A stretch of 64,000 bases of DNA from Candidatus Woesearchaeota archaeon. GTDB taxonomy: Archaea; Nanobdellota; Nanobdellia; SCGC-AAA011-G17; PNOQ01. Shown here in pieces: positions 18,755 through 28,158 of the stretch (its first letter is position 1; each line of letters opens with the position of its first letter). A program made the translations under genes and the position numbers. A model generated the notes under the pieces. The model made no database searches. It saw nothing but the letters and a program-made list of their open reading frames with translations, and was not told where the DNA came from. The stretch lies in assembly GCA_964603065.1 (NCBI GenBank), contig CAZRTL010000002.1, forward strand, positions 11,292-75,291, written 5' to 3'.

Positions 18755-20362
18755 ATGCCTACAATAACAATAGATAAAAAAGATCTGTTCAAGTTAATGG
18801 GAAAAACAATCCCAGATGAAACTCTCAAAGATAGAATCTCTATGCTAGGAACTGACTTAGAAAAAGTAACAAAAGATGAAATAGAAGTTGAAATCTTTCC
18901 AAACAGGCCAGACATGCTTTCAACGGAAGGCTTTGCAAGAGCGTTAGGATCATTTATAGGAATAAAAAAATCAAAAGAATATAAAGTTCATAAATCTTCA
19001 TACAAATCAAAAAAAGATGCAAAAGTAAAAAAAGTAAGACCTTATGCAGTAAATGCAGTTGTAAAAGGAATCAAATTAGACAACGCGACTATAAAATCTT
19101 TAATGCAAGTTCAAGAAAAACTCCATGCCTCTCATGGAAGAAATAGGAAAAAAGTTTCCATAGGAGTTTATGACTTAAATAAATTTGAATTTCCTTTAAC
19201 CTATACAACAAAACCAAAAGATTTTAAATTCACTCCATTAGAATTCAAAAAAGAATTAACAATTTCTCAAGTTCTAGAAAAACATCCAAAGGGGAGAGAT
19301 TATGCTTTTACTCTAGAAAAATTCAAAGAATGCCCAATTTGGTTAGACAAAAATAAGCAAGTTCTTGCCTTAGTTCCAATAATAAATTCAGAAGAAACAA
19401 AAGTAGACGCAAAGACAAAAGATCTATTCATAGATGTAACTGGGACAAGTTTGGGGGCATGCGAGCAAGCTCTAAACATCATAGTGACCTCTCTAGCAGA
19501 TCGGGGAGGACAAATATATGAAGTAAAAGTAGATAACATATCTTATCCAAATTTAAAACCTAAAAAAATCAAACTAAATAGATCTTATGTGAATAAAATT
19601 TTAGGTTTAAATTTATCTGAAGTAAGGATAAAAGAACTTCTTTCAAAAATGGAAATTTCCTATTCAAATGGTTCTGCTTTAATTCCTTCACACAGGGCAG
19701 ATATTCTATCAGAAATTGACTTAGTTGAGGATATTGCAATTGCTTATGGATATGAAAATTTCATTCCAGAAATTCCAAACGTTTCAACAATAGCAAAAGA
19801 AGATGAATTTGAAATATTTAGAAATAAAATTTGTAATATCTTACCTAACTTGGGACTAATTGAAACAAATACTTACAATCTAACAAATAAAAATTCCCAA
19901 GAAAATTTGATGAACTTAAAAAAATTAAATTTAGCTGAAATTACGAACGCATTGAATGAAGATTATGATGTTTTAAGAACATGGATGATTCCTTCTCTAC
20001 TTGAAGTTTTAAAAAACAATAAACATTATGATTATCCTCAAAAAATATTTGAAGCGGGAAGTGTTTTTGTAGGAGAAAAAGAAAAAACAAGATTAGGAGT
20101 TTTATTAGCTTACTCAAAAGTAACTTTCACAGACATAAAACAAATATTGGATGTAATATTTAATTCTTTAGATTTAACTTATGAAATAAAAGAAGCAGAA
20201 CATCCATCTTTTATTCCGGGGAGAGTAGGAAGAGTTTATTGTAAAGGAAAAGGTGTTGCATTCATTGGAGAAATGCACCCAATAGTTTTAGATAATTTCT
20301 CTCTAGAGACTCCAATAGCGGCATTAGAACTGAACTTAACAGATTTGTTTAAACTAAAATAA
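18755..20362 (+). CDS. pheT: Phenylalanyl-tRNA synthetase beta subunit (archaeal type)
   Basis: FPNRPDMLSTEG, GRNRKKVSIGVYDL, RADILSEIDLVEDIAIAYGY. Confidence 0.96.
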   Translation: MPTITIDKKDLFKLMGKTIPDETLKDRISMLGTDLEKVTKDEIEVEIFPNRPDMLSTEGFARALGSFIGIKKSKEYKVHKSSYKSKKDAKVKKVRPYAVNAVVKGIKLDNATIKSLMQVQEKLHASHGRNRKKVSIGVYDLNKFEFPLTYTTKPKDFKFTPLEFKKELTISQVLEKHPKGRDYAFTLEKFKECPIWLDKNKQVLALVPIINSEETKVDAKTKDLFIDVTGTSLGACEQALNIIVTSLADRGGQIYEVKVDNISYPNLKPKKIKLNRSYVNKILGLNLSEVRIKELLSKMEISYSNGSALIPSHRADILSEIDLVEDIAIAYGYENFIPEIPNVSTIAKEDEFEIFRNKICNILPNLGLIETNTYNLTNKNSQENLMNLKKLNLAEITNALNEDYDVLRTWMIPSLLEVLKNNKHYDYPQKIFEAGSVFVGEKEKTRLGVLLAYSKVTFTDIKQILDVIFNSLDLTYEIKEAEHPSFIPGRVGRVYCKGKGVAFIGEMHPIVLDNFSLETPIAALELNLTDLFKLK

Positions 20363-20372
20363 TAATTTTAAG

Positions 20373-21044
20373 ATGTTAGTCACAACAAAAAAAGAAAGAT
20401 TAAATAAAAAAGATATAATTTTGCTGATAGATTGTTGGATGGCACCTTCCCTTTTATACTTTAATTTGGACAGGTCTATACCGAAAAAATTTGGATATAT
20501 TCATTTTCATTATTCTGGAGATATTTTAACCAATGATCCAAAACTAACAAAGAAAAATTGTTTAAAATTTCAAAAAGAAATAGAAAAAAATGTTGAAAAG
20601 TTAAATAAAAAAAATTTATTTATATATGCCCAAAGTTTAGGAAGCATATTTGCATTTATGTTAACAAAAAAATACGATGTTAAGAAAGTCATATTAATTG
20701 TTCCTGGAGATAATTTAGCAGAGTCTTTTTGGAAGGGGAAGTTAACACAAAATCTCAAAAATTCTATGTCAAAAAAAGGAAATACTTTAAACGAATTAAA
20801 AAAACACTGGGAAACTATTTCACCAGATTATAACATCGTAAAAAATCAAAAAACAGAATATTTAATAGAGCTTTCAACTATTGATAAAGTAATACCTTAC
20901 AAGCAAGGAGAAAGATTGGTCTCATTATTGGAGGAAAACAACATAAAATATAAGGTATTAAAGGATAGAAAACATACCCATATTTTTAAAACAGTTTATG
21001 AAACTCTATTCCCAAAAAATATTTTCAAGTATTTCAAAAAATGA
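20373..21044 (+). CDS. Alpha/beta hydrolase fold protein
   Basis: Nucleophile elbow AQSLG, DKVIP, C-terminal His. Confidence 0.65.
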   Translation: MLVTTKKERLNKKDIILLIDCWMAPSLLYFNLDRSIPKKFGYIHFHYSGDILTNDPKLTKKNCLKFQKEIEKNVEKLNKKNLFIYAQSLGSIFAFMLTKKYDVKKVILIVPGDNLAESFWKGKLTQNLKNSMSKKGNTLNELKKHWETISPDYNIVKNQKTEYLIELSTIDKVIPYKQGERLVSLLEENNIKYKVLKDRKHTHIFKTVYETLFPKNIFKYFKK

Positions 21045-21107
21045 AAAAGTGCCCCAAATGTAAATTAAAAAACAAAAATTTATAAATAAACCTAGTTCCT
21101 TAAAAAT

Positions 21108-21362
21108 ATGAAAAAATCGACACTAATAATGATAGGAGCATATATAGTATCTTCAATAGCTACGGGTAGATTCATAGAAAATCGTTTGGAGCGTGTAGCG
21201 AACGATCAGACTATAGAAAAAGAAAACACAACCTCTTCTCTTGGATACGCCCCGGGGATGGGTTACTTATGCACATTTGGATTAGGAGGGTTCCCTTTGA
21301 TATTAGGATTTAAATTTAGAGAGATGTATGAACAACGTAGAGATGCCCATAGGAATCTCTAA
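21108..21362 (+). CDS. Hypothetical membrane protein
   Basis: 84 aa, two hydrophobic segments. Confidence 0.55.
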   Translation: MKKSTLIMIGAYIVSSIATGRFIENRLERVANDQTIEKENTTSSLGYAPGMGYLCTFGLGGFPLILGFKFREMYEQRRDAHRNL

Positions 21363-21658
21363 AACTTAAACAACTTCTTCTCAAAATCAACTATCTTCCC
21401 ATCAACAACAAAAACACCTTCTTCTTTTAACATTTTAATTTTATTTTTAGGACCAGAAGCAAAACCTCCAATCCCTCCATTAGAAGAAACAACTCTATGA
21501 CAGGGGACTTCAGGAGCATAAGGATTTTTATTCATAGCATTTCCAATGGCCCGATAAGCCTTACAATTCAAAGCATGAGCCAATTCTTTGTATGTGCTAA
21601 CTCTGCCTTTAGGAATTCTTCTACATACTTCATAAACTCTTTCATTAAAGCTTTTCAT
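21359..21658 (-). CDS. ogt: Methylated-DNA-protein-cysteine methyltransferase (MGMT), single-domain
   Basis: IPKGRVSTYKELA, RAIGNAM, VPCHRVV. Confidence 0.92.
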   Translation of the reverse strand: MKSFNERVYEVCRRIPKGRVSTYKELAHALNCKAYRAIGNAMNKNPYAPEVPCHRVVSSNGGIGGFASGPKNKIKMLKEEGVFVVDGKIVDFEKKLFKF

Positions 21659-23528
21659 TTTCAAAATTAAGATTTATTCTTCCAGTATTTCTCCTCTGTT
21701 CAGGGTGTTTGATATCATGAAATAGCCTAGCATAATGAGAAACAACTCTTTTTAGTTCATCTCTGTTAACCAAATGATCAATATATCCATTTTCATACAA
21801 CATATCTGTACAAACAACATTTCTATCAACTTCTAAGCCTGCTCCAGTAACTACTCTTGGACCTGCAAACTCAGCTAAACTCCCTCTTTCTCCAATCATG
21901 ATATCTCCCTGTGTAACATAACTAGCGTAAGCCCCTCCAGTAGTAGGTTCTGCAATAATAGAAATATAAGGAATACCCTTACTCTTCAAATCTAACAAAG
22001 CCATGTTAATTTTTGCCATTTGTGCTAATGACATAGGACCTTCCTGCATTCTAGCTCCTCCAGAAGAACAAACTGAAACCAAAGGTAACTCTTCTTTTAT
22101 TGCAACGTCCACTATTCTTTTGAACTTCTCGCCATAAATGGAGCCAAAACTTCCACTAATAAAATCAATATCTGAAATGGCAAAAGCAACACCTTTACCG
22201 TTTATTTGACCAGTTCCAATAACCAAACTATCCTTAGAAAATCCTCTTTTCTCTCCTTTTTCTAATTTTACTCTATAAGAATCTGTCAAATATCTTTCAT
22301 TCCCTACAAGGTTTTCCAAATTTAAATTATGCTCAACCTCTTCAAAAGTACCTTCATCACATAACTTAGCTAAATGTTCTTCTGCTCCAAGTAATTCGCC
22401 TTTCCCACATTCTGGACAAGCATGAAAATTATTTTCATAATCATCAAAAGATTTCATACCGCAGCCCCCAGCAACCCTAAATTTACCTTCCTGTTCATTC
22501 CATTCTTTCTCACATAAAACAACTTGTCGGTCTTTTATATTTCTGTTTTCTAAATGTTCTTTCCTTAATTGAGATATAAAACTATCACCTGTTTCAACAT
22601 CTATAACTTTTCCAGATACATCCTCTTTTCTTTTCCTCTTAAATTTACCTTTAACAATTCTCTTAAGAGTCTGCAAGGAATTTTCAAAGCTACCATAATT
22701 TAGAACTTTATCTCTTCTCTCTTTTACTAATCTATTCACAGTTTTATTTGTTATTCTTTTTTCATCTGTTTTCTTATCAACATTTACCCATTCATTCAAA
22801 GTTTCAACCAAGGTTTCCCTAATCATATTTATTGTATTTTCATAATTAGTATGTGCACCCTCATCTGGTTCAGAAAGAATTTCATCAACCATTCCGACTT
22901 CCATTAAATGTTCGGCTCCAGGTTGTAATACTTCTAAAGCACTCTCCACTAAATTTTCTAAATTTTCTCCTTCTTGTAATCTTTTATTAAAAATAATTCT
23001 TGCACAACTCTCTGGAGCAATTACAGAGTATAAAGCATTCTCAAACATAAAGGATTTATCCGCAACTTGCATAGCCAAGGCCCCTCCGCTACCCCCCTCA
23101 CCAATAACATAAGAAACAGTAGGAGTTTTTACTTCACAAAATCTTCTTATACAATCTGAAATATTAAAAGATTGACCTTCTATCTCAGATTTCATACTAG
23201 CATCTCCGCCAAATGTATCAATAAACGAAATAATTGGAATTTTATGCTCCTCGGCCTCTTTTAATATATCAAGAACATAATTATAACCCTCAGCAGTTAT
23301 CATTCCTGTTGCCTTACTATCTTTTCCTTCTCTTCTCTTCTCTTGGCCCAAAATTATGCACCTAATTCCGTCCATATAACCTTTAACCGCAACTAATGAA
23401 GGATCGGGAGATTCATAGTATATCGGGTTATCAACAATATTTTCAATAATATCCGAACTTCTTATTCTTGAAGGATGTCTTGTTAACTCATATCTCTCTT
23501 TTAAAGACTTAAGCTCTTTTTCTCCCAT
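21645..23528 (-). CDS. Bacterial-type acetyl-CoA carboxylase carboxyltransferase, AccA-AccD fusion
   Basis: N-half AccA (FIDTFG, GEGGSGGALA, YSVIAPES, GAH); C-half AccD (CPECG, GSFGSIYGEK, SSGGARMQEG, PTTGG, FAGPRV); start moved to MGEKEL. Confidence 0.9.
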   Translation of the reverse strand: MGEKELKSLKERYELTRHPSRIRSSDIIENIVDNPIYYESPDPSLVAVKGYMDGIRCIILGQEKRREGKDSKATGMITAEGYNYVLDILKEAEEHKIPIISFIDTFGGDASMKSEIEGQSFNISDCIRRFCEVKTPTVSYVIGEGGSGGALAMQVADKSFMFENALYSVIAPESCARIIFNKRLQEGENLENLVESALEVLQPGAEHLMEVGMVDEILSEPDEGAHTNYENTINMIRETLVETLNEWVNVDKKTDEKRITNKTVNRLVKERRDKVLNYGSFENSLQTLKRIVKGKFKRKRKEDVSGKVIDVETGDSFISQLRKEHLENRNIKDRQVVLCEKEWNEQEGKFRVAGGCGMKSFDDYENNFHACPECGKGELLGAEEHLAKLCDEGTFEEVEHNLNLENLVGNERYLTDSYRVKLEKGEKRGFSKDSLVIGTGQINGKGVAFAISDIDFISGSFGSIYGEKFKRIVDVAIKEELPLVSVCSSGGARMQEGPMSLAQMAKINMALLDLKSKGIPYISIIAEPTTGGAYASYVTQGDIMIGERGSLAEFAGPRVVTGAGLEVDRNVVCTDMLYENGYIDHLVNRDELKRVVSHYARLFHDIKHPEQRRNTGRINLNFENEKL

Positions 23529-23580
23529 CAAAATTAGAAGTAGGCAAACATTTAATAATCTTTTCAATCTAATTAAACTA

Positions 23581-23838
23581 ATGAAATACAATTTAGAAAT
23601 AGATGAATTAGCTGAGAAAATAAATAAAGACAAAGCTAAATTAGTATGCTTACAATTACCAGATGGATTAAAACCAGAAGCTACAAAGATAACCAAACAA
23701 CTAGAAAAATTGACTGAAGCAAAAATAGTTATCTGGTTAGGCTCATGCTGGGGAGCTTGCGATATTCCAACAAGTTTAAAAGATTTAAATTTCGACCTAG
23801 TAATACAGTATGGTCATTCTGCATGGCCATTTTACTAA
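23581..23838 (+). CDS. dph2: Stand-alone N-terminal domain of Dph2 (diphthamide synthesis), 85 aa
   Basis: VCLQLPDGLK, SCWGACD, IQYGHS; ends cleanly at TAA. Confidence 0.82.
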   Translation: MKYNLEIDELAEKINKDKAKLVCLQLPDGLKPEATKITKQLEKLTEAKIVIWLGSCWGACDIPTSLKDLNFDLVIQYGHSAWPFY

Positions 23839-23839
23839 A

Positions 23840-25468
23840 ATGAAAATAACAAAAAATGAGGTGATAGTAGCTATTCTTATAGTTCTAGTTTTAGCTTTAG
23901 TAATTTACTTCACCCCAAAACCACAATTAGCACCACCTATAGAATGTGGTAAGTGTACAGAATGGGTAGATCAAGAATGTGGAGCACATCTATGTGGAGA
24001 GTTAGAAATGTTCCAGACAAGAGAGTGTTTTATAGAGACAGATATAGAAGAAGTTGATATAAATGATAAAGATCAACCACTGAAAAGTCCACCGATCCAA
24101 TTTAGTCCAGGACCTTCTTGTGAAAAAAGATGTGTTCCTATACCAGAAATATGTAACACGCCGCCAGAAATAATTCTATTATCCCCACAAGATCAAGAAT
24201 CCAATGCCCCCGTAACTCAATCACTTTCATGGCAAGGTTCTGATACAAATAACCAAGATATAACTTATGATATTTACCTAGGTACAAATTCAACTCCAAC
24301 AATAATAGTTTCCCAAAACCAATCAGAAACAACATACACTCCAACAATCGATTTAGAGTATTTAACAACATATTATTGGAAAATCGTCGTAAAAGATGGA
24401 TATAATGAAACCTCTAGCAATACATGGCAGTTTACAACACAAAGTGTCCCAAATGTTCCACCAGACCAACCTTCTAATCCTCAGCCAGAAAATAATACTG
24501 AAAATATTTTATTAACTACTAATTTATCTTGGACAGCTTCAGACCAAGATGGGGATATCTTGCTTTATGATATTTACCTAGGTACAAATTCCACTCCAAC
24601 AATAATAGTTTCCCAAAACCAATCAGAAACAACATACACTCCAACAATCGATTTAGAGTATTTAACAACATATTATTGGAAAATCGTCGTAAAAGATTCC
24701 GAGTATCAAACATCCGGACCAATCTGGCAATTTACAACAGAACAGCAACCACAGCAACCTCAACAAAATGACGAAGAAGAAAGCCCCTCATCACCAATAG
24801 AATGTACTGGAAATGTATTGACCTGTTTAGGAGATTATTTAATGATGTGTAAAAGTGGACAGTGGGAAGCACTAGAAAATTGTGAGTATTCATGTGAAAA
24901 CGATAGGTGTCTTGAACCAGAAAAAGAACCCTTGTTTGATATTAAGGTATTTTTAGATGACGAGTCAAATGAAGTATTTGTAGAAGAAAAAGTAAAAGCG
25001 AATATAGTTTTATATAATTTCGGAACACTAAGACCAGTTGATGTTTTTTTAGAATGTTCCTTAGAGGATATGGAAAAAAATAAACTGGATTTGTTCACCG
25101 AAACTTTAGCTGTAGATTTACAAACTTCAATCAACAGAGAGTTACAATTTCCTCAAGGCACGGCACCAGGAACATATGTTATTAATTGTTATTTGACTTA
25201 TCCGGGTCAAGAAACAATAACTTCTTCAGAATTAGTCCAGTTATTACCAAGAGTTGAGCCTCATGAAGAAAAGCCAATGCCAATTATTCCAATAAATATA
25301 TTAATTTATAGTGCAGCAATACTAGTAATAATTACGCTAATAGTTATATTTATAAAGAAAATAAGGGAAACAAGAAAAGGAGGAAAAATTGGAAATCGAA
25401 AAAATAGAACTACCGAAACAGCTCATGGAAAACATAAGAAAAGTAGTGGAAGACACAAAAATGTTTGA
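23840..25468 (+). CDS. Surface protein with Cys-rich segments, two Fn3-like repeats and two TM anchors
   Basis: N- and C-terminal TM; YDIYLG...YYWKIVVKD repeats; start moved to MKITKN. Confidence 0.75.
   Translation: MKITKNEVIVAILIVLVLALVIYFTPKPQLAPPIECGKCTEWVDQECGAHLCGELEMFQTRECFIETDIEEVDINDKDQPLKSPPIQFSPGPSCEKRCVPIPEICNTPPEIILLSPQDQESNAPVTQSLSWQGSDTNNQDITYDIYLGTNSTPTIIVSQNQSETTYTPTIDLEYLTTYYWKIVVKDGYNETSSNTWQFTTQSVPNVPPDQPSNPQPENNTENILLTTNLSWTASDQDGDILLYDIYLGTNSTPTIIVSQNQSETTYTPTIDLEYLTTYYWKIVVKDSEYQTSGPIWQFTTEQQPQQPQQNDEEESPSSPIECTGNVLTCLGDYLMMCKSGQWEALENCEYSCENDRCLEPEKEPLFDIKVFLDDESNEVFVEEKVKANIVLYNFGTLRPVDVFLECSLEDMEKNKLDLFTETLAVDLQTSINRELQFPQGTAPGTYVINCYLTYPGQETITSSELVQLLPRVEPHEEKPMPIIPINILIYSAAILVIITLIVIFIKKIRETRKGGKIGNRKNRTTETAHGKHKKSSGRHKNV
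24265..24697 (+). repeat. 133-bp intragenic direct repeat (24265..24397 and 24565..24697)
   Basis: 132/133 identical, offset 300 bp; sole difference (24292 A vs 24592 C) is synonymous. Confidence 0.93.
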
Positions 25469-25529
25469 AGATGAGCAAGATTTTGTAAACCAGGCTATAA
25501 TAAAACAAATTTCCAAATTTAGACAATAA
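25389..25529 (+). CDS. 46-aa ribbon-helix-helix-like microprotein missed by ORF track
   Basis: GGAGG SD then TTG; MEIEKIELPKQLMENIRKVVEDTKMFEDEQDFVNQAIIKQISKFRQ. Confidence 0.7.
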   Translation: MEIEKIELPKQLMENIRKVVEDTKMFEDEQDFVNQAIIKQISKFRQ

Positions 25530-25532
25530 AAA

Positions 25533-25766
25533 ATGGCAAATGAAGAAGTAATCGGATACCACAAAGGAGCTTTGGCTACCCTAAGTAAAGAAAGGCAAGA
25601 ATTAGTAAAAATGGTCGGAGTAGTAGATCAATTCATTCAAATGCATCTTGAAGAATTAAAAAAATTAGGTGTAGATCTAGAAGCAGAAGCTCAGAAAGCT
25701 CAGAAAGAAATGGAAAAAGAACAAAAAAATAAACAAGATTTCAAAGATGAGTCTAGACTAGCCTAA
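25533..25766 (+). CDS. Small helical hypothetical protein
   Basis: 77 aa, IGYHKGALATLSKERQEL. Confidence 0.7.
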   Translation: MANEEVIGYHKGALATLSKERQELVKMVGVVDQFIQMHLEELKKLGVDLEAEAQKAQKEMEKEQKNKQDFKDESRLA

Positions 25767-26158
25767 ATAATTTTTTCTAATTTTTTGAAATCAGTATAAT
25801 TAGACTCCATAACATTAATCCAAGGGTTTAATAGATCTTTTGGGTTAGGATAAGAACCTAATTTTACGTCCCCAAAAGCATATTTTGCAGCATTTTCAAG
25901 CCATCCAAGAGTTCCTGCTATTCCTTTATCATCTATAACATAAACTTCAGCTTTATTCCTGCCATCTCTTAATTTTTTTAATAATAACAAATCCCCAGAA
26001 ATAACACAATAAAATGTTCCAATCCCTTCAAAATGTCTCTTTTCAACTACTGCTCCGATTTTTGGGTTTATTCTATCCAAAATAGAATCTTTATTATCTT
26101 CGTTTAAGGGTTTGGTTTTTGTCAAAACTCGATCCAATTCAATCTGTTCCAACCCCAT
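25763..26158 (-). CDS. Hypothetical protein
   Basis: 131-aa ORF. Confidence 0.55.
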   Translation of the reverse strand: MGLEQIELDRVLTKTKPLNEDNKDSILDRINPKIGAVVEKRHFEGIGTFYCVISGDLLLLKKLRDGRNKAEVYVIDDKGIAGTLGWLENAAKYAFGDVKLGSYPNPKDLLNPWINVMESNYTDFKKLEKII

Positions 26159-26227
26159 TTTTATAAAAAAGAGAATGATTATCTAGTATATAAAACTTTA
26201 TATACATACAACAAATTCTACAACGCA

Positions 26228-26962
26228 ATGGAAGATTATAAGAGAGATATACCTAAAATCATGGATGAACAAGAAAAAGAAGATGATAATCAATTTAGGC
26301 AAATAATTCCTTTATTATTAAAAAAAGGACTTGAAAATCTAGATTTAAGCATGTTTGACGAAGAAACAAAAACAAAACTTCTAACTGCGGCAGGCGATGA
26401 ATTCCTAAAAAGAGGGAAAATCCAAGATGCTTTAAAAATTTTTAAGTATATAAAAAATAAACAAAAAATAGTCGAAGTAGGAGATCAAAATTTTAGGTTA
26501 GGTTTATATAAAAATGCCATAGATGCCTATATTTTAGCTGAAGATTATACTAGATTAGAGAGGGCAGCAGATAAATGCCTACATGAAGGCCATTTGACTG
26601 AAGCCATTAAAGGTTTAATTGCTTTAAAGGATCCTGAAAAATTAAACAAAATAGGAGAATATTGCTTAGAGAGACAAAATTATGATCTGGCAATTGAAGT
26701 CTATTCTGCCATAAACAATACTGAAAAATTAATCAAAACTGGAGATATATGTAAAGAACATAATCTTCTAAATATTTCACTGAAAGCTTATGAAGCTGCA
26801 AATAATAAGACAAAAATCAATTTGATTGGTGATGAATTCTTAAGAAGAGGAATAATGAAAGATGCTTTGGAAGCATATAAGAAAGCAGATAATCAAGTTA
26901 TGATTAGGTTCTTCGAAGAAAATTTTAAAGACAAAACTATTGAAAAGAAAGATTATATCTAA
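26228..26962 (+). CDS. Alpha-solenoid protein with six 29-aa helical repeats
   Basis: Repeats such as KLNKIGEYCLERQNYDLAIEVYSAINNTE. Confidence 0.75.
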   Translation: MEDYKRDIPKIMDEQEKEDDNQFRQIIPLLLKKGLENLDLSMFDEETKTKLLTAAGDEFLKRGKIQDALKIFKYIKNKQKIVEVGDQNFRLGLYKNAIDAYILAEDYTRLERAADKCLHEGHLTEAIKGLIALKDPEKLNKIGEYCLERQNYDLAIEVYSAINNTEKLIKTGDICKEHNLLNISLKAYEAANNKTKINLIGDEFLRRGIMKDALEAYKKADNQVMIRFFEENFKDKTIEKKDYI

Positions 26963-27363
26963 AAAACAGGTTCAACTGCTTCTATATTCTTAGAGCATGC
27001 TGGACAAACCCTGGGCCAATGCTTCAACATATTATACTTAAACTTATATTCACAATTTTTACAAAGATAATTTACATGATATTTAGACCCATCAATTTTT
27101 TCAAACTCAACAGGTTTCTTTTCAACTTTTTTCTCCCTGCAAGCAACTTCTAAATAATCATCAATTTCATCCCAGCCAACAGGCTTTTTGTCTACCCCGT
27201 TTTCCTCAACAGCTTTTTTTATCTTTTCAACAGAAGGTTTTTTCTCACATCCAGGGCACACCATAGTTCCCTTTATATTATCCAATTTAAAATCATCTGC
27301 ATAAGCTTCACTATCACAATTCCTACATCTCACTTTAACTTGTTTAACTTTTAATAACGCCAT
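26959..27363 (-). CDS. Double zinc-ribbon protein
   Basis: CRNC, CPGC, CKNC, CPAC. Confidence 0.7.
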   Translation of the reverse strand: MALLKVKQVKVRCRNCDSEAYADDFKLDNIKGTMVCPGCEKKPSVEKIKKAVEENGVDKKPVGWDEIDDYLEVACREKKVEKKPVEFEKIDGSKYHVNYLCKNCEYKFKYNMLKHWPRVCPACSKNIEAVEPVF

Positions 27364-27364
27364 C

Positions 27365-27826
27365 TTATTTTTTCCCTATTTTTTTATATGCTACATAGAT
27401 AACAATCATCAGTTCAATCAGGAGGGCAATAGGTCTAATAAATCTATGCAAATCACCATAGGCTCTAATTGTTCCAATAAATAAAGTAAAAAATCCCCCT
27501 AGCATAAAACCAGAACCAATCCACTGATTCAAATCATCTTTATGACTTGGTAGATATAATCCAAAAACAATAGCTAATAATCCAAAAATTATAGATACAT
27601 AAAACACAACTAAATTATATTTTTCCCTGGCAGAGTCATATTGATCCTGACACTCGCTCCATGCCCCCTCATCAACTCTTTCTTCATCCAGAGGGTAAGG
27701 TTTTACAAATTCTTCACAATAATCATCATATTCAGGACCTGGATACACCGCTTCAATTAGCGCATTAACAAAAAACGCGAATAACGCACCGATAACCAAA
27801 ATAATAACTATTTTCCTTATATCCAT
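27365..27826 (-). CDS. Hypothetical membrane protein (4 TM)
   Basis: Hydrophobic segments with a short Cys-pair loop. Confidence 0.7.
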   Translation of the reverse strand: MDIRKIVIILVIGALFAFFVNALIEAVYPGPEYDDYCEEFVKPYPLDEERVDEGAWSECQDQYDSAREKYNLVVFYVSIIFGLLAIVFGLYLPSHKDDLNQWIGSGFMLGGFFTLFIGTIRAYGDLHRFIRPIALLIELMIVIYVAYKKIGKK

Positions 27827-27918
27827 TCTATTATCTACCTATTTTGAGTATAAAAACATTGTTATTCTAGAATACAAACAATTAAATATTTGTTAAACTA
27901 TATAAAAAAGAAGTTAAA

Positions 27919-28158
27919 ATGGCACCAGAAGAAGATTTTTCTTCTGAAGAATTCATTGAAGAGTTAAAAGAAAAAGAGATAAAAAAGCAAAAAGAAGAAG
28001 AAAGGAAAGAATTTTTCAAAAGAAATGCATATCTAAAGAACACACTTATTTCTGAAATTATAAAAAAAACGGCTCCAGAAGAAGAGAAGAAAGAATTCTC
28101 CTCAGAGGATTATTTTGAAAAGTTAAAAAATGAAAAAATAAAAGAAGACGAAGAATGA
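27919..28158 (+). CDS. Small Glu/Lys-rich hypothetical protein
   Basis: 79 aa, FSSE motif twice; ATGA-coupled to pcm. Confidence 0.5.
   Translation: MAPEEDFSSEEFIEELKEKEIKKQKEEERKEFFKRNAYLKNTLISEIIKKTAPEEEKKEFSSEDYFEKLKNEKIKEDEE

Noticed and set aside
21359-21658. Short MGMT as an alkyltransferase-like (ATL) protein
   Set aside because: It retains the catalytic PCHR Cys, so it is an ordinary single-domain MGMT.
23529-23696. 56-aa N-terminal extension of the AccA-D ORF
   Set aside because: It overlaps the dph2 fragment on the opposite strand, and AccA homology starts after Met at 23528.
24265-24697. 133-bp repeat pair as a DGR template/variable repeat
   Set aside because: Both copies are in-frame parts of one gene, there is one synonymous mismatch rather than adenine-specific variation, and no reverse transcriptase is in the window.
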